From the NCBI GenBank assembly GCA_965234725.1, contig CBDDUX010000072.1, forward strand, positions 1 through 29,740: a stretch of DNA of 29,740 nt, read 5' to 3'. The DNA comes from Thermoplasmatota archaeon. Its GTDB lineage: Archaea > Thermoplasmatota > Penumbrarchaeia > Penumbrarchaeales > Penumbrarchaeaceae. The notes beneath the pieces are model-generated. The model made no database searches. It was given only the letters and a program-made list of their open reading frames with translations, and was not told the origin of the DNA. Positions 28,901 through 29,740 of the stretch are shown piece after piece. Position numbers and translations under genes: made by a program. Positions within the stretch are counted from its first letter, which is position 1. The number at the start of each line of letters is the position of its first letter.

Positions 28901-29431
28901 CGGTTTCCCCGTGGAGTTCAGATCCAAATGGAGGGAATCCATCAATCCAGTTTTTGAGAAAGGTGAGTGATCCGCTACATCCTCGATCCCGTCGTTATCG
29001 TTATCCCGATCCCATGCGTTGGGTACGCCATCGTTGTCTGGATCGGCAGGTGCTTCGAGTATTTCCTGCGCGTCGGAAAGCCCATCTTCGTTCGAGTCCG
29101 GTTTCAGGGGATTCGTATTCAAGGATACCTCGAAAGAATCGTTCAGATCATCGTGATCGCTGTCCGGTTTATATGGGTCTGTGCCAATGATGAGTTCAAT
29201 CGAATCAGGCAGCCCGTCCGTATCCGAATCAGAGGTGTCCTCGGTAACGGCAAGAAGCCCCTCCACAAGTCCTTTCAGGTTCCGGTAGGGTCCGGGCACA
29301 TCAGCTGCTCTTACAGGCGCTTCCTCTTCACCGATCTCATCCGCCCAGCTGTTTACGGCGGATTGAAAGGACATCATGATCAATACGACAACACACAGGA
29401 TGGATACCTGAACGATGGTTTTCCTTCTCAA
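22997..29431 (-). CDS. Giant secreted, C-terminally anchored protein: DxDxDG (thrombospondin type 3-like) repeats, fascin-like beta-trefoil, central hydrophobic helices, NHL propeller, S-layer-like and Ig domains
   Basis: TTG start with AGGTGA RBS; signal peptide; many DxDxDGxxDxxE repeats; LKTSDGKYL and MRTMEGYYVG trefoil motifs; DSKGRIYVLDPGNHRIQVFD NHL repeat; C-terminal transmembrane helix then RKK. Confidence 0.9.
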   Translation of the reverse strand: MRRKTIVQVSILCVVVLIMMSFQSAVNSWADEIGEEEAPVRAADVPGPYRNLKGLVEGLLAVTEDTSDSDTDGLPDSIELIIGTDPYKPDSDHDDLNDSFEVSLNTNPLKPDSNEDGLSDAQEILEAPADPDNDGVPNAWDRDNDNDGIEDVADHSPFSKTGLMDSLHLDLNSTGKPMYVSLQIRPKNPSNMRLLFDTMDWPFDDKGIMKDLDNSTEDVLVTPVIEMKSNIYLDQDEVVEYGMKVGNGSATLPLNPVWEYGRIVALGGKIYFPPSVGTTDLNLEIGLKWVVTGITDAEVRTLKTSDGKYLTSMDAGKVKANSTEISEPQRFTWEKIDDDRVAMRTMEGYYVGIDQDRVMTSGFPKMEDPCIFTLVESGDLHYLKTGDDRFIKEQGDGSLKAEDSGPAGSLLTIEEGDVRTSSTTLITYDEEFTIASLVVTENHGTDIGLFYSEDTKEMMSANMLFSAGFMRNHSLNLNEIADFLGENEIFPEHMIEGYSHLDPAVRDCMNGMTKEALESLPENGKYSITVLMEDHSASMDLMYLSMIDGATFRGNLSETPVVTTRMMRSNWYEKPNTEPIEASSFVEEIMPLLSDLDDENASLMLGMFLFWNTGEIRVVREGENVLDGVTKHWASTVANIMGIITTPTMLIICFVRDFIVPALEFIHYSIKMFWTSSAFMVEVIKGTWNGVKFLFKTFETGKVWGKAITNTLTGIGIAVDVIAYAIDLTILIFNLVAMYSSVGNDPFGITITTIYGVLAFSWITALLGVGLFVSILAIILGLQAIPVGGQIAGVIIGVIAAIVGLLYALEELIVGLITGKSGSEWIITWIIDLIAGVRTLTSLDMEMEGCQIVIHDNKKNGLDAGDRIEYSSVWDTIVTREAHGTSDHLRNSYIRPEYYITSPVVGDDGKRKLTKGNFSTEIYASNDGDTKETHYESGAWIVPGIAKVNYEFALNLKMDYNMYFQEHLFWGLIPFKPKSDSGSDLLSTKTLYYDILPETIDEFGTWTYLKHSDYDGDNLNNSDELDTSPWNWDSDGDGLGDGYELDIGYNPVDHDMDRDGIWDKKELLSGLDPDNDDTDGDGLSDHKELEGWIINFTYYGHPFEWHIASDPKSPDTDGDGLNDTVEYLCLLNPISADTDGNGIADELVDYTTSDMEYIDTIGDDEPYGIPDCVDIVCDSDGNMYMISGFNDSVIKLGPDGELIWEYHNESLYNLKSLAIGPDGKIYVGRYHAFDYPDVNVIFILEANGTLNGTWHDHDRTDFSDAMALATDDAGNVYSFGYADIVCPFLVKFASNGTVLLSNEYPTGDLPGQFLVGDDNSIDIDSKGRIYVLDPGNHRIQVFDQDFNLSWVWEISEFGTATDIWIGGEDSLFICWDGGDNDGIQKYDKYRRLRVEWPVNVWEKSICSGVDRNIYVSGMTDTGATIGRIARFWENIIIHKIEKNYTYEDTDGDGLFDVVEEEGWEINVTLPLGVETRHVVSNINLADSDFDGLSDSEEYDLGMDPSHFDTDEDTIPDLEEVVLGTDPASYDTDLDDLDDGIELIFGSDPLLNDTDGEGLSDNIEFEMGTNPNDDDTDDDGLSDFEEWKMGLDPTSPDGDGDMMFDGEEVQIGCSPSDSDFDQDGIDDGYEKIYNTSAVNEDSDGDQLKDGFEVRMFLNPGNNDTDEDGMVDSRELEVGYNPRSGDSDGDGIGDLFDYDFSIDLGEEIVVVVDEGERNKWFLQNLSGSVDVLEVTPGELLSDYTNRSLIVIVAKPSTENSTAGMIIRDLLDGNENLISDMNTTSGRCVLRYGVWKREQTIVLLSDPRPFDHNRVLSIFRNVRMIVEDGRVVADYLSPQNFVQVDYYEVVRETDANVLCRLNANISVELTISRSSSIEGVDPLSFRNGMGPDEVPFGRYTEINVTADDGNRIEDRNISQIEFLIYYRSEDLDMNGDGDNDDPYDLNESTLRLYVFEKGTWNRLSEEEEEVFATGVDTTDQSVHGIDYAGYVWAVVNHLSAFAITGMRNEIGFFTLEIGPVIDESGDPVPGADVHLNFGMFGFSNATDTSGHTSLDLSNELKSTNLTITVQAEGYHTIIFNTTIVEDGKLTGSIPPLIPVEIDEPKESDHTLAIIVGSLLMILVLLGIGVVFFVLRKKAEGGGAISEE

Positions 29432-29740
29432 AAAATCACCTCGAATCGGGAACTATCAAGATATAATTTTTATCGAGACCTGAAATATTTCCCCCCATCT
29501 GTTTGATTTCGTAGATCATCCTGTATGCGGGATGATTTCTCCTTCCAGATTCCCGTGAGAATATTATGCTATAATTGTCTAAATAGTATAACAATCTCCC
29601 AAATATAATTTATTTTCGTATTGAATAGAAAGATCACCAGCAAGTTCATCATTTTTCTCACCAAGATATTTTAATAAAGATTTTGTATTTTTGTACCCCT
29701 TTAGGAAGATTGAAAGGGTTAAGAGAGCAAGTTTTAAATA

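Noticed and set aside
838..29506. Numerous short antisense or overlapping ORFs in the ORF track
   Set aside because: They overlap well-supported genes and lack motifs or start signals, so they are treated as shadow ORFs.
29513..29538. Hairpin ATCATCCTG-tatg-CGGGATGAT upstream of the giant gene as a riboswitch
   Set aside because: A single hairpin with no recognisable aptamer motif.

Overview
Archaeal accessory region, most consistent with Thermoplasmatota (helicase-only Hef, GGTGA/GGAG ribosome-binding sites, TATA boxes about 25 nt before leaderless starts). It holds about 19 credible genes in five blocks: (1) HTH_10 regulator/DUF4386, tandem Lrp, flavoproteins; (2) pRiA4b-ORF3 fusion, Hef helicase, SprT-like protease, SWIM protein, SEC-C/TPR protein, archaeal ATPase; (3) MarR, flavoprotein, DUF4386, hydrolase pseudogene, DUF998; (4) an FG-GAP/cadherin-like surface protein; (5) a 2144-aa anchored Ca-binding surface protein. 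The main observation is non-coding. Five co-oriented composite repeats separate the blocks. Each joins one of two left arms (A1, A2) to one of two right arms (B, C) at a shared AAACCCY(G) core, and all four combinations occur. The order A2|C-cargo-A1|C-cargo-A1|B, with an apparently empty A2|B site elsewhere, is what tandem site-specific insertion of gene cassettes would produce. B arms end in tRNA-3'-like (…CACCA) fragments on the minus strand. No recombinase, tRNA, rRNA or CRISPR array is visible. All family assignments come from motif recognition by eye, not database searches.
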